A stretch of DNA of 64,000 bases. Origin: a bacterium. GTDB lineage: Bacteria > Patescibacteriota > Minisyncoccia > Phycocordibacterales > UBA12088. The number at the start of each line of letters is the position of its first letter. Position 1 is the first letter of the stretch. The translations under genes and the position numbers were made by a program. The stretch spans positions 100,488-164,487 of the forward strand of contig QKEV01000017.1 in the NCBI GenBank assembly GCA_003252295.1, read 5' to 3'. Positions 56,200-64,000 of this stretch are shown one piece after another. The notes below the pieces were generated by a model. It did not search any database and was not told the origin of the DNA. It saw only the letters and a program-made list of their open reading frames with translations.

Positions 56200-57411
56200 T
56201 TGTTTCGACAAAACTTGCAACAGCTACTAAGGAGGTATGTGAAGGAGTTGAGGGACAAGATGTTCCTTATTATCAAAGCGTTTTTCTACAAGACGCCAGG
56301 GCGACTCATATTTATGTGTGTTATGCGAGACTTCCTCGATGAGCTTAAAGAGCGCCCATCATGGAAAATCGAACTATACATAACCATGGGACACTTTTTT
56401 GTGAGCTGGTTTTTTATGTGGGTGTTTGAACCCGCAACAAACCCAATCAAAAACGTGGATACGTTCTGGTGGTTCTACCTTGTGACAGCATCTACGCTTG
56501 GGTATGGAGATGTCTTCCCGGTAACACTGGGTGGTCGCATCGACACGATAGGTATCCTTGTCTTTGGTGCCGTTCTCTTGATCGCTTTCATGATCCAACT
56601 TGGAAGCATTGGTTTTAAGATCGTCAAAAAGATATGGAGTGGGGAAATGGGTTCAAATTTCACGAACCACCTCCTCTTGATCGGAGAGAGAGGTGAGAGG
56701 ACAAAAACGATCACAACAGGACTCTTGAACGACAAGAACATGGCACACCATGGAATCGTGTTGTGTTTCGATGGAACAAAAACTGAACGAAACCCGATAC
56801 CAACCATTGGACTCAATTTGATTCATGGTGTAAAAGCCAAGAATGGGTTCGATGAGGAGTCGTGGATAGCAAGGGCATGCATCGACAAAGCATGGAGAGT
56901 TGGTATTGATGTCAAAGATGACAACAGTGCACTCACCCTATGCTTACTGGTTAAAAAACTAAACCCGCAAGCGCATATCGTTGTTGCGCTTCAGTCCATG
57001 GATAAGTTTGCCTCAAAAATATCCGAACTTGTTGGGGAGGACATTGAATGTGTCCCTGACGGTCTCTCAGACTGGTTTGTGAGAGCATTGCTCAACAAAT
57101 GGTCAACGGATGTGCTGCAAAGCTTGAGTAAACCGATTGGACAACGGCTACACAACATACACATCCCCGACAACTTCGGCACGTGTATGTTCAATGTGGT
57201 TGAAGATTGCTTTGAAGAGCAGGGTGCACAAATACTCTCTGTATCGGATGGCAAAAGGCGTGGAATCATGCAGGTAAACCCTGGAGATGACTTTGTGGTG
57301 AGTGGTGGCATGGTAATCAGCTACCTTCACGAAGAGCGCTTAGATGACGTTGTGTACTGGGACGAGCTTGTCCAAGGAGATAAACACGTAAATATGGAGG
57401 GGGTAGAATGA
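56200..57411 (+). CDS. Potassium channel family protein (pore-loop channel with a C-terminal cytoplasmic domain)
   Basis: Selectivity filter TLGYGD (VTASTLGYGDVFPVTLGG) flanked by TM helices. The TTG start sits 9 nt after AAGGAGG. Confidence 0.65.
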   Translation: MFRQNLQQLLRRYVKELRDKMFLIIKAFFYKTPGRLIFMCVMRDFLDELKERPSWKIELYITMGHFFVSWFFMWVFEPATNPIKNVDTFWWFYLVTASTLGYGDVFPVTLGGRIDTIGILVFGAVLLIAFMIQLGSIGFKIVKKIWSGEMGSNFTNHLLLIGERGERTKTITTGLLNDKNMAHHGIVLCFDGTKTERNPIPTIGLNLIHGVKAKNGFDEESWIARACIDKAWRVGIDVKDDNSALTLCLLVKKLNPQAHIVVALQSMDKFASKISELVGEDIECVPDGLSDWFVRALLNKWSTDVLQSLSKPIGQRLHNIHIPDNFGTCMFNVVEDCFEEQGAQILSVSDGKRRGIMQVNPGDDFVVSGGMVISYLHEERLDDVVYWDELVQGDKHVNMEGVE

Positions 57412-58616
57412 ATCCGGAAAGGTTTGAAATTCAAGGAAAACATATCGCATGGTGGTTGCTGGGATTGGTGTTTGTAGGTGTCACGCTCTTGTGTTACAAG
57501 GCGTGGACATACGTAGAACCATTCTCTCTCCCCGTTTTCACTGCCGCACTATTTGCTTGTTTTTTGAATAAATGGTGCACGGTACTTACCGTTAAACTGA
57601 AATGTTCAAGAGTGCTCGCTTCGGCGACCGTAACTCTCGGTCTTCTGTTCACATTCGTGCTGCCGTTTTCAATCTCTTCTTTCTCTATAAGCTCTCAGGC
57701 AATAGAGGGGGTTCATGTGATTATGGACGAGGAACGACGAGCCGAAGGGAAGGATATGCTGGTTGAGAAGATGCATAGCTTTGTGGAGGAATATCCATGG
57801 AGCAAGACCGTGATGAACAAGGTCATTGATACTGTTGACGCGGTGGATACCGATCAGTCAGTACTGGTCGGCTACCTGAGCTTCAATGGGATTGTTAAGG
57901 GAGTTGGCGGAAAAGTGACCTCGATGCTTACGTCATTGTTATCGAGAGGTCTCGGCTTTTTTGGGCAGATGTTCATTACGCATGTGGCACTGTTTATTTT
58001 TCTGTTGAAGGGTGAAGAGTACATGCTGCGTATTGTTGGCGCACTCCCTTTTGACAAGGAAAGAAAACGTGGAGCACTTAGCGATGTCTCTCGTGGTATA
58101 ACAGCATTGTTTAACAGCATGTTGGTTACCGGACTGGTGCAAGGTGGAGTAGGGGCGCTCGTTATTGGTGTGTACTGCATTATGTATGCTCACATCAGCA
58201 TCCTACTTTTTGTTTTTATTGCGTTTTTGATGGTGTTCTTTTCCGCAATACCGCTCGCAGGTGCGTCGATAGGTGTTATTACCTATGCAGTGATAGCGCT
58301 AATCCATAAGCACTACGTTTTTGCAGGACTAATGGTAGTCACAGCCGCATTTATTGCCATATCGGACAACTACATCAAACCAAAAATCATGGGGAGTGCA
58401 GTAGAGGTAAAGCCAGTACTACTTCTACTCTTCATGCTTGGTGGGGTTGCTGTCGATGGACCCATCGGAGTGCTTTCCGGACCGTTCCTCATCATCTTGC
58501 TTACCATTATTTGGCGAGAGTTTGGTGATAAGTTTGATGAATTCAAACAGGATCTAAAGAACAGGATGAAGACTCCTGAGGTTGTTGTGGGAATGCCGGA
58601 GAAACGTATCAACTGA
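57408..58616 (+). CDS. Polytopic membrane transporter, AI-2E/PerM-family-like
   Basis: 402 aa with ~8 hydrophobic helices. 4-nt overlap with the channel gene. Confidence 0.4.
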   Translation: MNPERFEIQGKHIAWWLLGLVFVGVTLLCYKAWTYVEPFSLPVFTAALFACFLNKWCTVLTVKLKCSRVLASATVTLGLLFTFVLPFSISSFSISSQAIEGVHVIMDEERRAEGKDMLVEKMHSFVEEYPWSKTVMNKVIDTVDAVDTDQSVLVGYLSFNGIVKGVGGKVTSMLTSLLSRGLGFFGQMFITHVALFIFLLKGEEYMLRIVGALPFDKERKRGALSDVSRGITALFNSMLVTGLVQGGVGALVIGVYCIMYAHISILLFVFIAFLMVFFSAIPLAGASIGVITYAVIALIHKHYVFAGLMVVTAAFIAISDNYIKPKIMGSAVEVKPVLLLLFMLGGVAVDGPIGVLSGPFLIILLTIIWREFGDKFDEFKQDLKNRMKTPEVVVGMPEKRIN

Positions 58617-58633
58617 AAACATATCGATCTTTT

Positions 58634-58672
58634 TAACAGGGTGTCCTTACGAGGACACCCTGTTTATGTTTT
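58634..58672. terminator. Bidirectional Rho-independent terminator
   Basis: aacagggtgtcc-ttacga-ggacaccctgtt is a perfect 12-bp stem followed by tatgttttt. Confidence 0.6.
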
Positions 58673-59055
58673 TACAGAGGTAAGTCTATCGAAAGGTAGC
58701 CGGGACCGATAAAGAGAAGGGAAAGACAGATAATAAGGAGTAGTATTTGCACCTGTTTATCACTTCTGGAAAACTGGGTTGGTTTGTCTTGAAGGATGGT
58801 GAGGAGGCAGAGTACTGCTCCGAGTAGTGCTGCAACTTGTGTGTATACACCCAAGAGTAACATAACCCCAACCGCAAACTTTAATGCGCCATAGAGTATA
58901 CCAATTGCTCGCATTGCAGGAGTTGCTCCTTTGACGCTCCATGCAACCTGTATGAGCCGTGAGCCGAACATAAAGAAGAAGATACCAGCGGTGCCACGAA
59001 GAAGCAGTGCTCCAATAACTGAGAAATCGAGTAGTTCTGGAAATATTGATAGCAT
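58672..59055 (-). CDS. DoxX-family membrane protein
   Basis: 127 aa with 4 hydrophobic helices, including a DoxX-like LGVYTQVAALLGAVL. Confidence 0.45.
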   Translation of the reverse strand: MLSIFPELLDFSVIGALLLRGTAGIFFFMFGSRLIQVAWSVKGATPAMRAIGILYGALKFAVGVMLLLGVYTQVAALLGAVLCLLTILQDKPTQFSRSDKQVQILLLIICLSLLFIGPGYLSIDLPL

Positions 59056-59075
59056 ACCTGTAGTATACCAACATT

Positions 59076-59543
59076 ATGAAGACTGTTTACTTGATACTAC
59101 AGGATATTCGAAGTGTACATAATGTTGGTTCTATTTTCCGCAGTGCAGATGGTGTGGGGGTAAGCAAGGTGTACCTGTGTGGTTGCACTCCGACACCCAA
59201 GGATCGTTTCGGTAGAAAACGAAAAGATATGGCAAAGGTAGCACTCGGTGCCGAGGATGCTGTGACTTGGGAGTATGTTGAGACTGTGGAGGAAGCAATA
59301 GTACTCTGCAAGAAGGATGGTATGGATGTGGTTGCTGTGGAGCAAGATGCTCGTTCTATACCGTACACTAAGTACCATGTTGAGAAACCTGCAGCATTTG
59401 TACTGGGGGAGGAGACAAAAGGACTTCCTCAAGAAGTGTTAGACATGTGTGATACGGTGGTTGAAATACCGCTACGGGGAACGAAAGAATCACTCAATGT
59501 TTCCGTTGCTGCTGGCATCGTCCTCTTTCGTTGTACCGAGTAG
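59076..59543 (+). CDS. SpoU/TrmH-family RNA 2'-O-methyltransferase
   Basis: [23 protein letters not shown] and the C-terminal [13 protein letters not shown] (SPOUT knot motifs). Confidence 0.7.
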   Translation: MKTVYLILQDIRSVHNVGSIFRSADGVGVSKVYLCGCTPTPKDRFGRKRKDMAKVALGAEDAVTWEYVETVEEAIVLCKKDGMDVVAVEQDARSIPYTKYHVEKPAAFVLGEETKGLPQEVLDMCDTVVEIPLRGTKESLNVSVAAGIVLFRCTE

Positions 59544-60797
59544 TTTTTGTAGTTCCTCACGAGCAACCCCCTCATCGCTCCATGGAGTTCTCTTACCTCT
59601 TGCTTCCATAATGTAAGGGTCGGTACCTTTGCCAGTAATGAGTACAAGGTCGTTCGCTTGTGCATGTTCAAATGCATGACGGATAGCAAGACGTCTGTCC
59701 ATAATAACTTTTGGTTCTTTACTCTCAAAAGCATCTTTCATTTGCTGTACTATTGCATCGGGATCTTCGTCGTATGGATCCTCGTTAGTGAGTATTACCT
59801 CGTGACAATGTTTTTCAGCGATACGTGCCATCTCTGGACGTTTCCAGGTATCACGTCCACCACCGCAGTTACCGAGTACACATATTTTTCTTGCATTTGG
59901 AAATGAGGAATAAAGTTTCTCAAGAGAATCAGCGGTATGTGCATAGTCGACAATAACATCGAATTTTTGTCCCTCATCAACTCGCTCAACACGTCCTTTC
60001 ACCACCTCTTTTTTTTCAATTGCTTTCTTTATTACCTCAACTGGTATGCCGAGTGAACGAGCAAAGGTGGCTGCTGCAAGCATGTTGTATATGTTAAAGC
60101 GTCCAGGAAGAGGGGAGTGTATAGAAGTTTTTTCAAAGGTGACAAGAGTGCCTCTCCCGTTTGTTGCATATGGTTCGGCTTGTTTTATTGAGTAGGTGAG
60201 TTTTTCTACAGTATCTGGTACTTCAAGAAAGAGATTACTATATTCATCATCACTATTCACAATTATCTTTCGGTCTTTCTTTGATGAGGTGGTGAGTGCG
60301 TCACGTAGGAGGAGTTTTGCATCTCGGTAGTTTTCGAATGATCCGTGGCTCTCGATGTGTTCTGGAGATAGGTTTGTGAAAATGAGAGTATCGAGCTCGA
60401 TGAAGCGGTGCCTATTTTGTGCAGCTCCTTCACTTGTCATTTCAATGATAGCAAAACCGCAATCTTCTTTAACAGCAGTAGAGAGGAAATGTTGCATGAA
60501 GAAGCGTCCCGGCATACTCATCTTGTGCTTGTTTGGTACATCTGAGTCCGCAATCTTGTGATGTATGGTGCTTGAAAGGGCAACCGTGTGGCCTGCCTCT
60601 TCTAGAATAGCGGCAACGAGTTCAGAGGTGGTGCTTTTCCCTTTGGTTCCGGTTATGCCAATGACGTAGAGCTTTCTTGAAGGGTTCCCGTACCAGAGAG
60701 AGCCGATGCGAGCAAACATGAGATGGTAGTACGGTTGGAAGAACCGAAACACTTTCTTCGGGATAAACAGTTTAAGTATTCTGAGTAGTGTCTCCAT
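59490..60797 (-). CDS. Mur ligase family protein
   Basis: P-loop [18 protein letters not shown]. The central and C-terminal Mur ligase domains include GKGTDPY. Confidence 0.6.
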   Translation of the reverse strand: METLLRILKLFIPKKVFRFFQPYYHLMFARIGSLWYGNPSRKLYVIGITGTKGKSTTSELVAAILEEAGHTVALSSTIHHKIADSDVPNKHKMSMPGRFFMQHFLSTAVKEDCGFAIIEMTSEGAAQNRHRFIELDTLIFTNLSPEHIESHGSFENYRDAKLLLRDALTTSSKKDRKIIVNSDDEYSNLFLEVPDTVEKLTYSIKQAEPYATNGRGTLVTFEKTSIHSPLPGRFNIYNMLAAATFARSLGIPVEVIKKAIEKKEVVKGRVERVDEGQKFDVIVDYAHTADSLEKLYSSFPNARKICVLGNCGGGRDTWKRPEMARIAEKHCHEVILTNEDPYDEDPDAIVQQMKDAFESKEPKVIMDRRLAIRHAFEHAQANDLVLITGKGTDPYIMEARGKRTPWSDEGVAREELQKLLGTTKEDDASSNGNIE

Positions 60798-60798
60798 A

Positions 60799-61368
60799 CT
60801 ATGAAAGTAGTTTCAATGCTTCTTTAATAAGCTCACCTTGTTCGGTTATATCACTTGGTATCTTGCGTAGTGCTTCACGGGCTTCATCACTGCGGTAGCC
60901 AAGGGTGCGTAGTGCTTCAAGTACATCCTCTTCTTCACGCCGTGATGAGGTGAATGTTGCTGTGTCAAAATTTTTAACTTTATCCTTGAGCTCAAGTACG
61001 ATCTTTTCTGCACTCTTCTTTCCGACACCACTCACCTTAGTGAGGTAGCCAACATCACCGTGAGCTATAGCCCCGAGAAGTTTCTCGATAGATTCGAGGT
61101 TGAGTATACCGAGAGCAGAGCGGGGACCAATACCGTTTACACCAATGAGAAGAATGAATACATCGTACTCATCTTCAGTAAAAAAACCGTACAGATCAAG
61201 TGCATCTTCACGTATCACATGGTGGGTAAACAGCCCTAGTTCTTCACCCAGATCAGTGGTATCAAGTACGGTCTGTGTGCAGTACACCTTGTAGCCAACA
61301 CCACCTACCGAGAGGATGATGGAGTGGTCACGTTTTGCAAAAACGGTTCCTGTGAGATGAGCGATCAT
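60799..61368 (-). CDS. ruvA: Holliday junction DNA helicase subunit RuvA
   Basis: MIAHLTGTVFAKRDHSIILSVGGVGYKV and HhH motifs (GIGPRSALGIL; GVGKKSAEKIV). The start was chosen at the internal Met. The ORF track begins at 61413. Confidence 0.8.
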   Translation of the reverse strand: MIAHLTGTVFAKRDHSIILSVGGVGYKVYCTQTVLDTTDLGEELGLFTHHVIREDALDLYGFFTEDEYDVFILLIGVNGIGPRSALGILNLESIEKLLGAIAHGDVGYLTKVSGVGKKSAEKIVLELKDKVKNFDTATFTSSRREEEDVLEALRTLGYRSDEAREALRKIPSDITEQGELIKEALKLLS

Positions 61369-61480
61369 AATCTCATAATATAGCAAAGGGCTTTGTGGAG
61401 CGATACTATTCACGCACCCAGGTATGTTGTAATGATGTAGACTTGCGAAATAAACTTACTGTGGTATTCTCTCTGTCACT

Positions 61481-61753
61481 ATGCCAATAACAAGTTCAGC
61501 AAAAAAGGCAAACGAAGCAAGCTTACGAAAGCATGTTTTTAATTTGCGCCGTAATCGCGACATGAAAGCAGCGGTAAAGGAGGTACGGGCTTTGGCTTCT
61601 GAAGGTAAGACTAAGGAGGCGGAGGAAAAACTTCCAGTAGCGTACAAAGCAATAGATAAAGCTGCAAAGCGGGGAGTGATCAAGAGCAACACAGCAGACA
61701 GGAAGAAATCACGACTCACAAAATTCATCGCGTCTAAAAAGGAAACAAAGTAA
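61481..61753 (+). CDS. rpsT: 30S ribosomal protein S20
   Basis: MPITSSAKKANEASLRKHVFNLRRNRDMKAAVK. Confidence 0.85.
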   Translation: MPITSSAKKANEASLRKHVFNLRRNRDMKAAVKEVRALASEGKTKEAEEKLPVAYKAIDKAAKRGVIKSNTADRKKSRLTKFIASKKETK

Positions 61754-61773
61754 AAACCCCGAGAGGGGTTTTT
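61752..61773. terminator. Bidirectional terminator between rpsT (+) and the HD-domain gene (-)
   Basis: aaaaacccc-gaga-ggggttttt. Confidence 0.5.
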
Positions 61774-62368
61774 ACTTTGCGTAAAACAGTTGTGCTTCCT
61801 GTTCTTTCAGTTGTTCGACGAGAGTGTCGAAGTACTCTTGCACTGTAGGATTGAGCTTTACCTTGTTTACTTTCTTTTCGATAAGCATGGGGAGTGTTAT
61901 CTTTTTTTCATGCCACAATTTTCCACCCTCAAGATAAATGTTTAGTGGGTCAATGATCTTGTCTAGTGCATACACAAAACGACTCTCAGAGTCATTCTTT
62001 TTCTCATACTCACTAATGGTTTCGTGCAACTCTTTAAACTCAGGAATCGTTTTCTTGAGTGTTCTTAGTGCTTCCTGCTCCCGCTTTTCTTTCGTTTTTG
62101 CTGCTTCACTGTCGTAGAAGTAGGTGTCACCAGCATACACCTCCACAAGATCGTGTACGAGTGCATACCTCAGAACAAGATCTTTGTTGAGTGCAAGACC
62201 TTCTTTTTCGACAAGGTACCAAGCTATGAGAGCAAGCTGATAGCTGTGCTCCACCATGTTTGCGTAGCGGTCCATACCATTGATGCGGGCGACACGTTCC
62301 ACTTTGTGTGCAAGGTGGGTGAACTCAACGAATGAGAGTAGTTGCTGTAAGTCTGCTTCGGACTTCAT
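61772..62368 (-). CDS. HD-domain phosphohydrolase
   Basis: H...HD...E...D pattern (RYALVHDLVEVYAGD). Confidence 0.6.
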   Translation of the reverse strand: MKSEADLQQLLSFVEFTHLAHKVERVARINGMDRYANMVEHSYQLALIAWYLVEKEGLALNKDLVLRYALVHDLVEVYAGDTYFYDSEAAKTKEKREQEALRTLKKTIPEFKELHETISEYEKKNDSESRFVYALDKIIDPLNIYLEGGKLWHEKKITLPMLIEKKVNKVKLNPTVQEYFDTLVEQLKEQEAQLFYAK

Positions 62369-62422
62369 TGTTGCATACTACTGCTCAAAAAAGTAATCTG
62401 CAAGATACTGTATACTAGCTGT

Positions 62423-62827
62423 ATGAATGAAATACCAAATTGTTTCTATCGAGTGAGTGTGAAGGCACTCGTTTTGAATGAGACGAGAGACAAGTTTCTC
62501 GTAGTACAGGAGGAAAATGGAAGATGGGAACTTCCAGGAGGAGGACTTGATTGGGGAAGTGTACCTAAAGAGGATGTGCAGCGTGAGATACAGGAAGAGA
62601 TGGGGCTAGAGGTGATACGTGTTGCGGACCATCCATCGTATTTTGTGACGAGTCAGAACGAACGAGGTGTCTGGATAGCAAACGTGCTCTATGAGGTTGA
62701 ATTGAAAAACTTAGATTTTACTCCGTCAGATGAGTGTGTAGCAGTGAAGTTTATAGATGCTGAAGATGTAAAGGGTATGGAACTGTTCTCAAATGTTGAG
62801 GAGTTGTTGAAGGTGTTTGGTGTGTAA
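62423..62827 (+). CDS. NUDIX hydrolase
   Basis: Nudix box ELPGGGLDWGSVPKEDVQREIQEEMGLEV. Confidence 0.65.
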   Translation: MNEIPNCFYRVSVKALVLNETRDKFLVVQEENGRWELPGGGLDWGSVPKEDVQREIQEEMGLEVIRVADHPSYFVTSQNERGVWIANVLYEVELKNLDFTPSDECVAVKFIDAEDVKGMELFSNVEELLKVFGV

Positions 62828-63025
62828 AAGAGCGTGCTCTCGGCAGGAACGCCTCTCCCTTTAGGTCGAGATCAACGTTTACATACCCACAGGGCACAAG
62901 AACCTGACGAGTCAGGTTGTCGCTCCGCTCTGTGTAAACGTTAGTCCTACGGTTCGATTCCTGCCTGAGAACCTGTGTATAGCAAAAGACATCCACAGTA
63001 AAACCGGGATGTCTTTTGCTATATG

Positions 63026-63097
63026 TGCTCTCGGCAGGAATCGAACCTGCATTACGACTTCCGCAAAGTCGCGTCCTATCCGTTGAACGACGAGAGC
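63026..63097 (-). tRNA. tRNA-Arg with apparent anticodon GCG (as read from sequence; unusual for bacteria)
   Basis: Reverse complement: acceptor GCTCTCG/CGAGAGC, D-arm GTTC-AACGGATA-GGAC, anticodon stem CGACT/AGTCG with loop TTGCGGA, T-arm GCAGG-TTCGATT-CCTGC, discriminator A. Confidence 0.75.
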
Positions 63098-63270
63098 ATG
63101 GTGATTAAAATACACCATTATTATTTATACGTCTACTGTAGTGTACCAGTGGGTGGATGCTTGTTTAAAGTTCAAGGCACCAAGGAGGTATATCCATGAG
63201 TTGTATGAAAATACTACGAATGAATCAGTGACGCAGGTAACGCAGAAATTTACCAAGCAGACCTCACTGG

Positions 63271-63819
63271 CTAGAAGCCGAGCCACTCCATCACTTTGTG
63301 TATAGTCGGTTCCTCGTGATTTTCTTCAGGGAGGTAGTCATACAAGAAATCATGCACAACCTCAATGTTAATACCTTCTACTGGTATAACAATGTCTAAA
63401 GTAAAGATCTTTTTTGATTCAAAAATGATCTTTGGAATATGGTTCTCTGAAATATCTTCAATACTGAATGACTTGAGTGATTGGAATGGATAGAGTTCTT
63501 TGTTGATACGTAAGCCTCTCTGGCTGAGGGTGAACGTGTACTCTTCTGGTTTTCGTGCAGCGTAGAGTGCGAGTACAAAAGTAGCTACGAGAATAACGAT
63601 AGAGAAGAGTATGTTGCCATATATGAGTGCTGTTACAGCACCAGCAACTCCTATGAGCCCAAGAGCCCAAAACCACTCACTGTTTTTTTCCTGATGTTGG
63701 TATTCGTGTGCAGTCCAAGAAATAGGCTGTTTCTGTACAGTTGGCTGCTTTTCAATATCGCTTTCCTCCATATCTACATCATAGATGGAGTGTGTATAAA
63801 AAGCTAGTAATGGTTCCAC
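63271..63819 (-). CDS. Hypothetical membrane protein
   Basis: 182 aa. Two adjacent hydrophobic helices (WFWALGLIGVAGAVTALIYGNILFSIVILVATFVLALYAA). Confidence 0.4.
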   Translation of the reverse strand: MEPLLAFYTHSIYDVDMEESDIEKQPTVQKQPISWTAHEYQHQEKNSEWFWALGLIGVAGAVTALIYGNILFSIVILVATFVLALYAARKPEEYTFTLSQRGLRINKELYPFQSLKSFSIEDISENHIPKIIFESKKIFTLDIVIPVEGINIEVVHDFLYDYLPEENHEEPTIHKVMEWLGF

Positions 63820-63829
63820 AAAACTGTGG

Positions 63830-64000
63830 TTATCCTTTGATCTGTTTCTCTGCTTCTTTTAGTTGTTCGATACTGTTTATAGGTTGCCAGAACGAAAGTA
63901 TTTCGATGTGCACTGGATTGTCTTGAGCAAACTTATTGAGTACATGTGGAATGTGTTTTTCTTCACCTTCCGGCCAGTCACTATAGTAATCAAAAAGATC
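63830..64000 (-). CDS. 3' end of an unidentified gene running off the window edge
   Basis: The minus-strand frame is open to the window end and translates to DLFDYYSDWPEGEEKHIPHVLNKFAQDNPVHIEILSFWQPINSIEQLKEAEKQIKG* (stop at 63830-63832). Confidence 0.3.
   Translation of the reverse strand, partial: DLFDYYSDWPEGEEKHIPHVLNKFAQDNPVHIEILSFWQPINSIEQLKEAEKQIKG

Noticed and set aside
62880-62920. Hammerhead-ribozyme-like CUGAnGAG hairpin (aacctgacgagtcaggtt)
   Set aside because: The core reads CUGACGAG rather than CUGAUGAG, and there is no downstream GAAA/stem III. It is more simply an 8-bp hairpin within the tRNA-Arg-associated repeat scar.

Overview
This window is a low-GC (~42%) bacterial chromosomal segment that contains the replication-origin neighbourhood. 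rpmH-rnpA-yidC-jag lie on the minus strand and dnaA-dnaN on the plus strand, with DnaA-box clusters upstream of dnaA and between dnaA and dnaN. Housekeeping genes are pnp (5'-truncated by the window edge), a YifB/ComM ATPase, a UvrD/PcrA helicase, rsmA, a class A PBP, ruvC, yebC, ruvB, a PilB/GspE-type ATPase, tsaE, polA, ruvA and rpsT. Two tRNAs are present, Lys-UUU and Arg-GCG, both on the minus strand. Two regions stand out. (1) A ~14-kb block of secreted or surface-protein genes at 12.4-26.3 kb surrounds a type IV secretion-like gene set (VirB6/TrbL-like, PrgI/VirB3-like, VirB4 ATPase, VirB2/TrbC-like pilin). (2) A ~7-kb accessory-looking segment at 44.5-51.8 kb ends at tRNA-Lys. It holds small hypothetical and membrane proteins, Nudix, nucleoside-hydrolase and HAD genes, and two families of conserved intergenic repeats. 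One family is a 93-bp cassette-like repeat. The other is a pair of ~180-235-bp elements with covarying hairpins and tRNA 3'-end-like termini. Both tRNAs are followed by inverted or direct partial copies of their own 3' halves. A large Pro/Gln-rich membrane-anchored protein carries a 162-bp internal direct repeat and an apparent frameshift. The gene content, the weak Shine-Dalgarno usage and the many lineage-specific proteins fit a reduced-genome organism (possibly CPR/Patescibacteria-like), but that is inference. No rRNA, CRISPR array, transposase or integrase was recognised.
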